Assembly (NCBI GenBank): GCA_963716725.1
Contig: CAVQUB010000005.1
Coordinates: forward strand, 512,001-576,000
Source of the DNA: an uncultured delta proteobacterium
GTDB taxonomy: Bacteria > Myxococcota_A > Polyangia > Polyangiales > Polyangiaceae
Direction: 5' to 3'
Length of the DNA stretch: 64,000 nt
Shown: piece by piece, positions 38,825 through 48,654 of the stretch
Position numbering within the stretch: position 1 is the stretch's first letter
How the letters are laid out: every line of letters starts with the position of its first letter
Notes under the pieces: generated by a model
What the model saw: only the letters and a program-made list of their open reading frames with translations
Told to the model about the DNA's origin: nothing
The model's database searches: none
Translations under genes and position numbers: made by a program

Positions 38825-40153
38825 CTACGCTTCGAAGACCGCGTCGGTGATCTCGAGTCCGCGGTCGACGATGGCAAAGCCTTCCATCAGCTGCTCTTCG
38901 GTGATGGTCAGCGGCGGGTTGCAGGTGAAGCTCGACCAGCGCACGAAGGTGAACAGGCCCTCCTGCTCGAAGAACTTGGCGAGCTGGCCCATGGCCGGGT
39001 GCGTGCCGTTGTAGGGCGCGATCAAGTCGCCTTGCTCGTTCTTCTGCACGTCCATCATGCCGAAGAGGCCGATCACTCGGCCCTCTTTCAGGCTCGGGTG
39101 CTTGGCCGTCAAGCGATCCATCTCGCGGCGCACGACCTTCTCCAGGCGGGCGGCGTTCTCGACCAGGCCTTCGTCGATCATCACGTCGAGCACCGCCTCG
39201 GCCACGGCTAGGCAATAGGGGTGCGAGTTGTAGGTGAGGCCACCCCAGAACACGTTCTTGTGGAAGTAGTCGCGGATCTCGTCGGACACCCCGAGAGCGC
39301 CCAGCGGCACGTAGCTGCTGGTCAGCCCCTTGGCCATGGTGACCATGTCCGGGACGATGTCGAAGTGCTCGAAGGCGTAGAGCTTGCCGGTGCGGCCCAT
39401 GCCCGCCATCACCTCGTCGCAGATCAGCAGGATGCCGTGCTTCTTCAAGAGCGCGCGCAGGCCCTGCATGTAGCCCTTGGGCGGCACCAACATGCCGTTC
39501 GTGCCGGTGACCGTCTCGAGGATCATGGCTGCGATGGTCTGCGGTCCCTCGTACATGATGACCTCTTCGAGGTACTGGAGGTTCCGCGTCGTGATCTCCT
39601 CTTCGCTCTGGCCGAAGCTGAAGTTGTACGGCGTAGGATCCATCACGCGCACCACGCCGGGCATGCCGGGCTCGTTGGCCCAGCGGCGCGGATCGCCAGT
39701 GAGCTGCATGGTGGCGTTGGTGCCGCCGTGATACGCGCGATACCGCGAGATGATCTTCTGCCGGCCGGTGAACTGCTTGGCCGCGCGGATCGCGTTCTCG
39801 TTGGCCTCGGCGCCGCCCAGCGTGTAGTAGAACGTGTTGATGTTGCCGGGCGTCAGTTCGGCCAGGCGCTTGCTGTAGCGCGCGCGCATCTCGGTGGCCG
39901 TCTGCGGGTAGACGTAGATCAGCCCGTCGGCGGCCTTCTTCATCGCTGCGACCACCTTCGGGTGGCTGTGGCCGATGAGCACGCTCATCAGCTGGCTGTT
40001 GAAGTCGAGGATGCGCTTGCCCTCAGGCGTGTAGAGATACACGCCTTCCGCCCGCGCGATCGGCAAAGGGTTGACCGAGTCGGTGGCTGCCCAGGTGTAG
40101 AGCGTGTGCCGCTTGCAGAGATCGATCATTTCCTGGGTGTCCATCGTCGTCAC
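38825..40153 (-). CDS. Class III PLP aminotransferase (probable beta-alanine aminotransferase)
   Basis: GGAEANENA, YHGGT, LICDEVMAGMGRTG, DMVTMAKGLTS and GGLTY. Substrate inferred from gene context. Confidence 0.9.
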   Translation of the reverse strand: MTTMDTQEMIDLCKRHTLYTWAATDSVNPLPIARAEGVYLYTPEGKRILDFNSQLMSVLIGHSHPKVVAAMKKAADGLIYVYPQTATEMRARYSKRLAELTPGNINTFYYTLGGAEANENAIRAAKQFTGRQKIISRYRAYHGGTNATMQLTGDPRRWANEPGMPGVVRVMDPTPYNFSFGQSEEEITTRNLQYLEEVIMYEGPQTIAAMILETVTGTNGMLVPPKGYMQGLRALLKKHGILLICDEVMAGMGRTGKLYAFEHFDIVPDMVTMAKGLTSSYVPLGALGVSDEIRDYFHKNVFWGGLTYNSHPYCLAVAEAVLDVMIDEGLVENAARLEKVVRREMDRLTAKHPSLKEGRVIGLFGMMDVQKNEQGDLIAPYNGTHPAMGQLAKFFEQEGLFTFVRWSSFTCNPPLTITEEQLMEGFAIVDRGLEITDAVFEA

Positions 40154-40230
40154 CTTTCTTCCGAAAATTCGGCTGATGCTACGCCCGATTGAGCCGGACG
40201 CTCAAGGGTACAAGCCGCTCGAGCTGCGTA

Positions 40231-40275
40231 GGCTGCGTGGGCTGCGTGGGCTGCGTGGGCTGCGTGGGCTGCGTG
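40231..40275. repeat. Intergenic 9-bp tandem repeat (GGCTGCGTG x5 plus partial flanks)
   Basis: Read directly. Confidence 0.95.
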
Positions 40276-40283
40276 GGCTGGGG

Positions 40284-40706
40284 TCACCGGAACGGGTTTT
40301 CGACCCGCACGCCCTCGATCACCTGGCCGTCGTTCATGTCCTCGCTCAGCAGCACCGCGCAGCCGCTGGAGCCTGCGCTGCGGACGATCAGGGCGTCCCA
40401 GAACGAAATCCGATTCTTCCGGCAGGTCTCCATGGCCTCGAGGACCAGCTGCGTGTCGACTTGGGTCACGGTGAGCTCGCTGGCTTCTCGGACGGCACGC
40501 TCGGCGATGTCCAGGCTGGCGATCGGCGACTTGCCGCGAGTCAGAGCGACGTACAGCTCCTGGAGAACCTGCGTGCTCACGACGAGCTCCCGCTCCCGCT
40601 GCTCTGCCTGGAGGCGCTTCGCGGCCACTGACTGCTTCCGTGGCTCGGAGTCGTCGAACAGGTACACGAATACGTTGGTGTCGACGAAGCTTCGGTCAGC
40701 GCTCAT
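40284..40706 (-). CDS. vapC: PIN-domain (VapC-like) toxin
   Basis: FVDTNVFVY, STQVLQE, ISFWDALIV and LLSEDM...VENPF. Confidence 0.9.
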   Translation of the reverse strand: MSADRSFVDTNVFVYLFDDSEPRKQSVAAKRLQAEQRERELVVSTQVLQELYVALTRGKSPIASLDIAERAVREASELTVTQVDTQLVLEAMETCRKNRISFWDALIVRSAGSSGCAVLLSEDMNDGQVIEGVRVENPFR

Positions 40707-40950
40707 GCAGGTCGTCCCGCTTCCAGCCTCGCCCGGCGCGAGCCTTGGCCCGGGTTTTCCCGCCGGCTTTGCTGTTTTCGGTCGCGAGCGCGACGAGCGA
40801 TCGGGTCGCGCGGAGCTGGGTCTGGTTCTCTCCGGCGAAGGATCGCAGGTACTCCGCCAAGATCGCGTTCACGCTCGTGCCCCGCTCGAGAGCCCGGATC
40901 CGTGCCCGCTTCAGCAGCTCGTCGTCGACGGTGATGGTGAGGTTGGCCAC
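40696..40950 (-). CDS. Ribbon-helix-helix antitoxin (DUF6364-like)
   Basis: MANLTITVDDELLKRARIRALERGTSVNAIL...WKRDDLHER. Overlaps the PIN gene. Confidence 0.88.
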   Translation of the reverse strand: MANLTITVDDELLKRARIRALERGTSVNAILAEYLRSFAGENQTQLRATRSLVALATENSKAGGKTRAKARAGRGWKRDDLHER

Positions 40951-40976
40951 GGGATCCGTGTAGCACGGATCCCGTG
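40948..40976. promoter_or_regulatory. Perfect 13-bp inverted repeat over the antitoxin start (probable operator)
   Basis: CACGGGATCCGTG-TAG-CACGGATCCCGTG. Confidence 0.75.
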
Positions 40977-41036
40977 TTGGAGCGATGCCGCCGGCTCGGC
41001 GCTCGGACCGCTGCCAAGGGCGAATGAGCTGGGGCC

Positions 41037-42533
41037 TCAGCCCATCCAGGTCGTGTCGGTCTGAAGCTCCCACTTCACCGTGACCTTGCGCGGTCGCGTC
41101 CAGAAGCGGAAGCCGTCGAGGCCGGTCAGGTTGCCGTGACCGAATTTGCTCTGGTTCCAGCCGCCGAAGCCGAAGGGCTCGCGCGGCACCGGCACGCCGA
41201 TGTTCACGCCGACCATGCCAGCCTCGACCCGACGGATGACGTGCTCGGCGACGGCGCCGCTGGTGGTGAAGATGGCCGCGGCGTTGCCGTAGGGGTGGCT
41301 GTTCTCGAGCGTGATGGCCTCCTCGAGGTTCTTCACGCGCACGATGGAAAGCACGGGTCCGAAGATCTCGTCTTGCCACGCGCCCATCTCGGTCGTCACG
41401 CCGTCGATGACCGACACGCCGGTCCAGTAGCCATCCGGGCCGCCCTTCTTGCCGCGTCCGTCCACCAGCAGTTTGGCGCCGGACTTCTCGGCCTCGCTGA
41501 CGTAGCGCTCGATGCGCTCGCGAGCCGCGGCGTTGATCACCGGTCCGATCTCTTTGCCGGTTTCGAGCTGCTTGGCCTTCTCGACGACGGGGCCGAGTAC
41601 GTGTTCGACGTCGCCGACCGCCACCAGCACGCTGGCCGCCATGCAGCGCTGGCCGGTGGCGCCGGTGAACGAGGCCACGATGTTGTCGACCGAGAGCTTC
41701 GGATCGGCGTCGGGAACCACGATCAAGTGGTTCTTTGCCCCGCCCAGGCAGAGCGCGGACTTGCCGGTGGCAGCCGAGCGCGCGTACACGAGCTTGGCGA
41801 CCTTGGTCGAGCCTACGAAACCGATGGCGCGGATCGTCGGGTGATCACAGAGCGCGTTGACCACATCGACGGACCCGTTGACCACGTTGAACACGCCGTC
41901 GGGCAGGCCCGCTTCCTTCAGAAGCTGAGCGAGCTTCATGCTGCACAGCGGCACTTGCTCGCTTGGCTTGAGCACGAAGGCGTTCCCGCCCACGATCGCC
42001 TGAGGCAGCATCCACAGCGGGACCATCAGCGGGAAGTTGAAGGGCGTGATGCCGGCGACCACGCCCAAGGGCTCGTGGATCTCTTTGCACACCACGCCGC
42101 GGCTCACCTCGAGCAGTTCGCCCGGGCCGCCGCCGTTCGGCAACCCCGCGCCGAATTCTGCGCACTCGATGGCCTTCTCGACGCTGGCTCGCGCGTCTTC
42201 GATGTTCTTGCCGTTCTCGTGGGTCACCAGCCACGCGAGCTCCTCGAGATCGCGTTCGAGCAGCTGCTTCAGTTTGTAGAACACCTGCGCGCGCTCGCGC
42301 ATGGGCGTTTGGCCCCAGCTCTTCTGCGCGCGTTCACCAGCCCTGACCGCGAGATCCACGTCTTCTGCCCCGCTGAGCGGGACGCTCGACAGCGCCTTGC
42401 CCCAGCGCGGGTTCTCCACGGGCATGCTTTTGCCAGTGGTGGCCTCGCGCCACTCTCCAGCGATCCAGTTCTTGACCGGGACGTACTCGACGAAGTCGTA
42501 GCTTCGGGCGGAAAATGCGGGCAGCTTGCTCAT
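41037..42533 (-). CDS. mmsA: CoA-acylating (methyl)malonate-semialdehyde dehydrogenase
   Basis: GITPFNFPLMVPLW, KPSEQVP, FVGST, GGAKNH, GQRCMA, EIFGPV and GVNIGVPVP. Confidence 0.92.
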   Translation of the reverse strand: MSKLPAFSARSYDFVEYVPVKNWIAGEWREATTGKSMPVENPRWGKALSSVPLSGAEDVDLAVRAGERAQKSWGQTPMRERAQVFYKLKQLLERDLEELAWLVTHENGKNIEDARASVEKAIECAEFGAGLPNGGGPGELLEVSRGVVCKEIHEPLGVVAGITPFNFPLMVPLWMLPQAIVGGNAFVLKPSEQVPLCSMKLAQLLKEAGLPDGVFNVVNGSVDVVNALCDHPTIRAIGFVGSTKVAKLVYARSAATGKSALCLGGAKNHLIVVPDADPKLSVDNIVASFTGATGQRCMAASVLVAVGDVEHVLGPVVEKAKQLETGKEIGPVINAAARERIERYVSEAEKSGAKLLVDGRGKKGGPDGYWTGVSVIDGVTTEMGAWQDEIFGPVLSIVRVKNLEEAITLENSHPYGNAAAIFTTSGAVAEHVIRRVEAGMVGVNIGVPVPREPFGFGGWNQSKFGHGNLTGLDGFRFWTRPRKVTVKWELQTDTTWMG

Positions 42534-42686
42534 GGCGTGGGTCTCCTGTGCGGACTCGGGTCCCCGGGCCGAGGGGCGATGGCGGGTCCGATCGAGGCGC
42601 GAAGCATGACGCGACGGTCGGCGTCCTTCAAGCTGCGAGACCGTTTAGTGGCGGTGCCACGTGCGCCCCTGGGATACCGTGGCGGG

Positions 42687-43151
42687 ATGAGGTCGCGTCT
42701 CTGGTTGCTCATGTCGTTCGCGTTGATGGCCTGCGGTTCGTCGGGCAGCGGGGGAGGCGGCATTGGTGGGGCGGCCGGCGGTGGCGCATCGAGTGGCGGC
42801 GCGGCGGGTGCCAGCGGCGGCGCATCGAGTGGCGGCGCGGCGGGCGCCAGCGGCGGCGCATCGAGTGGCGGCGCGGCGGGCGCCAGCGGTGGCGCATCGA
42901 GTGGCGGCGCGGCGGGCGCCAGTGGCGGCGCATCGAGTGGCGGCGCGGCGGGTGCCAGCGGCGGGAGCGGTGGCTCCTCCGCCGAGTGCAAGGGCTCCGC
43001 GGACTGTACGGGCGCGACGTGCTGCAAGACGGGATCGGGCCCGGCCCAGTGCGTCAGCTCGTGTGCGGGCCTGGTGATGTGCACCAAGCTGGCCGACTGC
43101 GGCCAAAACGGACCGTGCTGCCCGCAAGGGTTCTGCGGCGGCTGCGACTGA
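42687..43151 (+). CDS. Small lipoprotein with repeat linker and 10-Cys C-terminal domain
   Basis: Lipobox LMAC, (GGASSGGAAGAS)5, then CKGSADCTGATCC...CCPQGFCGGCD. Confidence 0.78.
   Translation: MRSRLWLLMSFALMACGSSGSGGGGIGGAAGGGASSGGAAGASGGASSGGAAGASGGASSGGAAGASGGASSGGAAGASGGASSGGAAGASGGSGGSSAECKGSADCTGATCCKTGSGPAQCVSSCAGLVMCTKLADCGQNGPCCPQGFCGGCD
42780..42959. repeat. 36-bp tandem repeat x5 (GGASSGGAAGAS)
   Basis: Unit GGYGGCGCATCGAGTGGCGGCGCGGCGGGYGCCAGY. Confidence 0.92.
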
Positions 43152-43712
43152 TCAGCCGATCACGCTGTCGACGGCGACCGTGACGTCGGGGAAAGCGTTG
43201 AGCCGCACCAGGTCGCCTGATCGGTAGATCGCGACCTCGGCGTAGACGCCGCCGGTCGGGCGCGTGCGCACTTCGATCACGCGGTCCCGCAGGTTGACGA
43301 TCCAGTACTCGGGCACGCCCGCCTCGGCGTAGAGGCGCGCCTTGAGGCCACGGTCTTTCGACAGCGACGAGTCCGCGACCTCGATGGCGCAGAGTAGCGC
43401 AGGCGGGTGGTCGCGGCGGTAGTCTTCGCGCGCCGCGATGGCGACGTCCGGCTGGGGCTCGGACTCGTCGCTGGCGGCGTAGGGCAGCCCGATGCGCACC
43501 GAGGCGCGACCCAGGAGCGGGGGCAGGAGCAGCTCGTTCAAGACCTGCACGCTCCAGCAGTGGGGCGCTCCGATGGGCGACATTCGGACGATCAGCCCGT
43601 AGAGGAGCTCGAGGCGCTCGTCCTCGAACACGCCCAGCTCGACGAGCTTGTCGTATTCGGCTCGCTTGAGCGGACGAACCTGATCCGGCGTGATGGCGTG
43701 CAAGTCCGACAC
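43152..43712 (-). CDS. Uma2 family putative endonuclease
   Basis: RLELLYG, SEPQPDVAI, IEVADSS and KARLYAEAGVPEYWIVNL. Confidence 0.92.
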   Translation of the reverse strand: MSDLHAITPDQVRPLKRAEYDKLVELGVFEDERLELLYGLIVRMSPIGAPHCWSVQVLNELLLPPLLGRASVRIGLPYAASDESEPQPDVAIAAREDYRRDHPPALLCAIEVADSSLSKDRGLKARLYAEAGVPEYWIVNLRDRVIEVRTRPTGGVYAEVAIYRSGDLVRLNAFPDVTVAVDSVIG

Positions 43713-43783
43713 CTCCCTGAAAATAGCATGACGGCCCCCAATCGGCTGCCAGTCCAGGGAGTTGCCGGATTTCATCGCGGCGC

Positions 43784-44654
43784 TCAGGGCCGAACCAGCT
43801 CGTCGTAGGCGTCAGGCCGGCGATCGCGGAAGAACTGCCACGACTGCCGGACCTCGTCGATCAGATTCAGATCGAGGTCGGCCACCACCAGCTCGTCCTT
43901 GTCTTCGCTGGCCTCAGCGAGGATCTGACCGCGCGGGTTCACGAAGTAGCTGGTCCCGTAGAACTTGCCGATGTTCCAGGGCGGCTCGGTGCCCACGCGG
44001 TTCGAGGCCGCGACGAAATAGCCGTTGGCCACCGCGTGGGCGGGTTGCTCGATCTTCCACAGATACTGCGAGACGCCGGCGACGGTGGCGCTTGGGTTGA
44101 AGACGATCTCGGCGCCGTTGAGGCCCAGGCAACGCGCGCCCTCGGGGAAGTGGCGGTCGTAGCAGATGTAGACGCCGACCTTGGCGAAGCGCGGTCTGGA
44201 ACACCGGGATAGCCGCCGTTGCCGGGGCGGAAGAAGTACTTCTCCCAGAAGCCCGCGACCTGCGGGATGTGCTGCTTGCGGTACTTGCCCAGGTACTTGC
44301 CGTCGGCGTCGATGACCGCGGCGGTGTTGTAGAACACGCCGCGCATCTCTTGCTCGTAGAGCGGCACCACGATGACCATGCCGTGCTTCTTGGCGATGGC
44401 CTGGAACATCTCGGTGCGTGGGACCGGGAATGCTCTCGGCGGCCTCGTACCAACGCTTGTCTTGGCTCGGGCAGAAGTAGGGCCCGTTGAAGATCTCCTG
44501 CAGGCCCAGGATCTGCACGCCCTTCTTGGCGGCCTCCTCGATGAAGGGCATGTGCCGGGCGAGCATCGCCTCCTGGATCCTCTTCGACGGGCGCGCCCTC
44601 GTCGTTGAGCGCGTTCGCGCATTGGATCAGTCCGCACCGAACAATTTGGGCCAT
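43784..44654 (-). pseudogene. Nitrilase-family beta-ureidopropionase with four +1 frameshifts (likely sequencing errors)
   Basis: Catalytic E (LQEIFNGPYFC), K (YRKQHIP) and C (YICYDRHFPEG). Removing single bases near 44580, 44417, 44206 and 44193 restores an 867-nt frame. Confidence 0.85.
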
Positions 44655-44759
44655 GCTTCGAGTCCTCCCTCGCAAAATGAGAGGCGCGCAGGATAGCCAG
44701 AGTGCCGCGCGAGCGTCAGCGGACCGATGTTCAGTGCGGTCCGCCGCCCGAAACCCAAC

Positions 44760-44999
44760 TCATCCGTTGTTGCTCTCCCGGATCAACGGGTCGAGCAAGG
44801 GCATGAGGCCGTTGTGTTTGATCTCGAGCACCAACGCGAGCTGCCGGCCGAGCTTGCCCGGCGGGAACCCCTGACGCGAGAACCACACCAGGTAGGCCTC
44901 CGGCAGCGCGTAGAGCGGAGACCCCTGGTAGCGACCGAAGGGCATCCTGGTCGCCACGAGCGCTCGCAGGATCTGGGGATCGAGCTCGTGGGGCTGCAT
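44760..44999 (-). CDS. DUF3820 family small protein
   Basis: MPFGRYQG...LPEAYLVWF...GFPPGKLG...LEIKHNGL. Confidence 0.85.
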   Translation of the reverse strand: MQPHELDPQILRALVATRMPFGRYQGSPLYALPEAYLVWFSRQGFPPGKLGRQLALVLEIKHNGLMPLLDPLIRESNNG

Positions 45000-45011
45000 G
45001 AGCGGCTCAGG

Positions 45012-45416
45012 TCAAGACCAACTCTCGACGCGGAGCCCGGGCATCCGCGCGAAGTGGCGGACGTTGTCGGTGACGATCGTCGCGTCGCCGGCGAGCGCGT
45101 GGGCCGCGATGGCCACGTCGAAATCGTCGACTCGGACGCCGCGTCGTTCGAGTGTGGACTTGAGCTCTCCAAAGCGGCGACTGACTTCGTCGGTCCATGG
45201 AGCGCGAGCCAACGCGAGCAAGATGACGTTCAGGCGCGCTTCGAGTTGCTCCCGCCGCCGCGACCGAGGAAGTCGGCTGATCCCGTAGCGGAGTTCGGCC
45301 AACACCGGCTGAGGGACCGCCAGCTCCGCGGGACGGTGTGCGAGGAGGCGCCGGGCCGGCTCGGGATCGGAGCGCATCAATGCGGAGACCGTCGTGGTGT
45401 CCAATACGTAGCTCAA
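45012..45416 (-). CDS. vapC: PIN-domain (VapC-like) toxin
   Basis: YVLDTT, VLAELRYG, FDVAIAAHAL and IVTDNVRHF. TTG start overlaps the upstream stop. Confidence 0.9.
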   Translation of the reverse strand: MSYVLDTTTVSALMRSDPEPARRLLAHRPAELAVPQPVLAELRYGISRLPRSRRREQLEARLNVILLALARAPWTDEVSRRFGELKSTLERRGVRVDDFDVAIAAHALAGDATIVTDNVRHFARMPGLRVESWS

Positions 45417-45667
45417 AGCTTCGGTCCCCGGCGACGATTGACTCGCCGCGAACGAACCACCGCCAGCGATTCGTCCAGCGCATCAGCAGCCTGCTGGTCG
45501 AGCGGTTCCTTCATCATTCGAACCAGCTCGGGCGCCCAGTCCGCCGTCGGCCCCAGGCTGGCCTCTATCGCAGCGGTGATCAACCGATTGCGGCTGACGC
45601 CGAGCGCCATGGCCCGCGCATCGACGCGAGCCAGCAGAGGTGGCGGGATGTGAACGGTGGTGGGCAT
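45413..45667 (-). CDS. CopG-like ribbon-helix-helix antitoxin
   Basis: MPTTVHIPPPLLARVDARAMALGVSRNRLI, immediately upstream of the PIN gene. Confidence 0.85.
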   Translation of the reverse strand: MPTTVHIPPPLLARVDARAMALGVSRNRLITAAIEASLGPTADWAPELVRMMKEPLDQQAADALDESLAVVRSRRVNRRRGPKL

Positions 45668-45698
45668 GAATAGGAGTATATTCGGAGCGGCCGTTCGG

Positions 45699-46976
45699 TC
45701 AATTGCCCCCGAACACCTCGAGCTCCACCAGCGCGATGGCCATCACGGCGGTCGCGCGCACCAGATCGTCGATCACGATGTGCTCGTCCGGTTGGTGCGC
45801 GAGCTCCAGCGTGCCGGGCCCGTAGGCGACGCAGTGGTCGATGCCGCCCAGGCGCGCGAAGTGTTTGCGATCGTAGGTGCCCGGGCTCGCCACCAGGGTT
45901 GCGGGTCGATCGTACACGCCGCCGATGGCGCGCTCGAGGGCCGCGACCAGCGGCGAGCCCTCCGGCGTCTGGACCGGGTGGAAGACCAGGAGGTCCTCGA
46001 GGGTGTAGCGGCGGGCTGGATCTTCGGCCTGCGCCCGCGCCAGCAGGTCGACGATCTCTTGCTTCGCGCTGTCGAAGCCTTCTTCGAGCAAGAAGCGCCG
46101 GTCGAAGATCGCCTCGGCGAGGTCAGCGACGCAGGGCGTCTGCGGCTCCCGCCCGGCCTGCCCGCCGATGATCGAGTTCACGTTGAGGGTGGCGTGGCGC
46201 GCGTCGCCGGGCACCACGGGCATCTGGGTCGTTCGCCGTCGGAGCCCGGGCTGAAGCTCGGTGCGCATGCGCTCGACCAGATGGGCCAGGTGATCGATGG
46301 CACTCGTGCCCAAGAAGGGCATGCTGCCGTGGGACACGCGACCGTGCGCCGTGACCTTGAACCAGTAGACGCCGCGGTGGCCGACGCAGATGCGATCCGG
46401 ATTCAAGGGCTCGGGGATGATCACGTGATCGACGCGGTCGCGACGGATCACTCCGCGCTCGCACAGCCACGCCACTCCGGCCTGTCCGCCGCTCTCTTCG
46501 TCGACTGTGCCGGAGATCTCCACGCTGCCCTGGAGCGACAGGCCGGCACGCCGCGCCACTTCGACCGCGATCACCGCCGCCGCAAGCCCTGCTTTCATGT
46601 CGGCGGTCCCACGGCCAAAGATCTTTCCGTCTCGGACCACGGCAGCGAAGGGATCGACGGTCCAACCCGCGCTCGCGGGCACGACGTCGAGGTGGCCGTT
46701 GAGGTGGACGGCGGGGTGAGCGCTCTTTCCCAGGCGACCCAGCACGTTGACGCGCGGATGGGCGCGCGTGTGCTCGGGACGCCCCTCCGCTTCGTGCAAG
46801 CGCACGTCGTAGCCGTTCTTGCTCAGCTCGGCGCCCAGCGCTTCGGCCGCGTCGCGATAGTACTCGCCCGGCGGGTTGACGGTCGGGATCCGAACCAGTC
46901 GCGCGGTGAGCTCGCACAGCTCGTCGCGAGCGCGCTCCGCTTCGTCGAGGAGGCGCGTGCGGAGCTCCGGTGTCAT
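45699..46976 (-). CDS. M20 metallopeptidase (ArgE/DapE-like deacylase)
   Basis: PTVNPPG, LNGHLDVVP, GRGTADMKAG, DEESGG and AHQPDE. Confidence 0.9.
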   Translation of the reverse strand: MTPELRTRLLDEAERARDELCELTARLVRIPTVNPPGEYYRDAAEALGAELSKNGYDVRLHEAEGRPEHTRAHPRVNVLGRLGKSAHPAVHLNGHLDVVPASAGWTVDPFAAVVRDGKIFGRGTADMKAGLAAAVIAVEVARRAGLSLQGSVEISGTVDEESGGQAGVAWLCERGVIRRDRVDHVIIPEPLNPDRICVGHRGVYWFKVTAHGRVSHGSMPFLGTSAIDHLAHLVERMRTELQPGLRRRTTQMPVVPGDARHATLNVNSIIGGQAGREPQTPCVADLAEAIFDRRFLLEEGFDSAKQEIVDLLARAQAEDPARRYTLEDLLVFHPVQTPEGSPLVAALERAIGGVYDRPATLVASPGTYDRKHFARLGGIDHCVAYGPGTLELAHQPDEHIVIDDLVRATAVMAIALVELEVFGGN

Positions 46977-46984
46977 CGCGGTGA

Positions 46985-48541
<1,557 letters not shown>

Positions 48542-48654
48542 GCCGCCTCCCAGAGAGGAGGCCGCGTACCACGTGGCCCGTCGGCGAGACAACCGCCGCG
48601 CGTGGACGCACGTGGACCGCGAGTGGGTCGAGCGCAGCGGTGGCGCTCAGCGAG

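Noticed and set aside
43784..44654. Programmed frameshifting in the ureidopropionase or epimerase genes
   Set aside because: Four shifts per gene with no slippery heptamers. Sequencing error is far more parsimonious.
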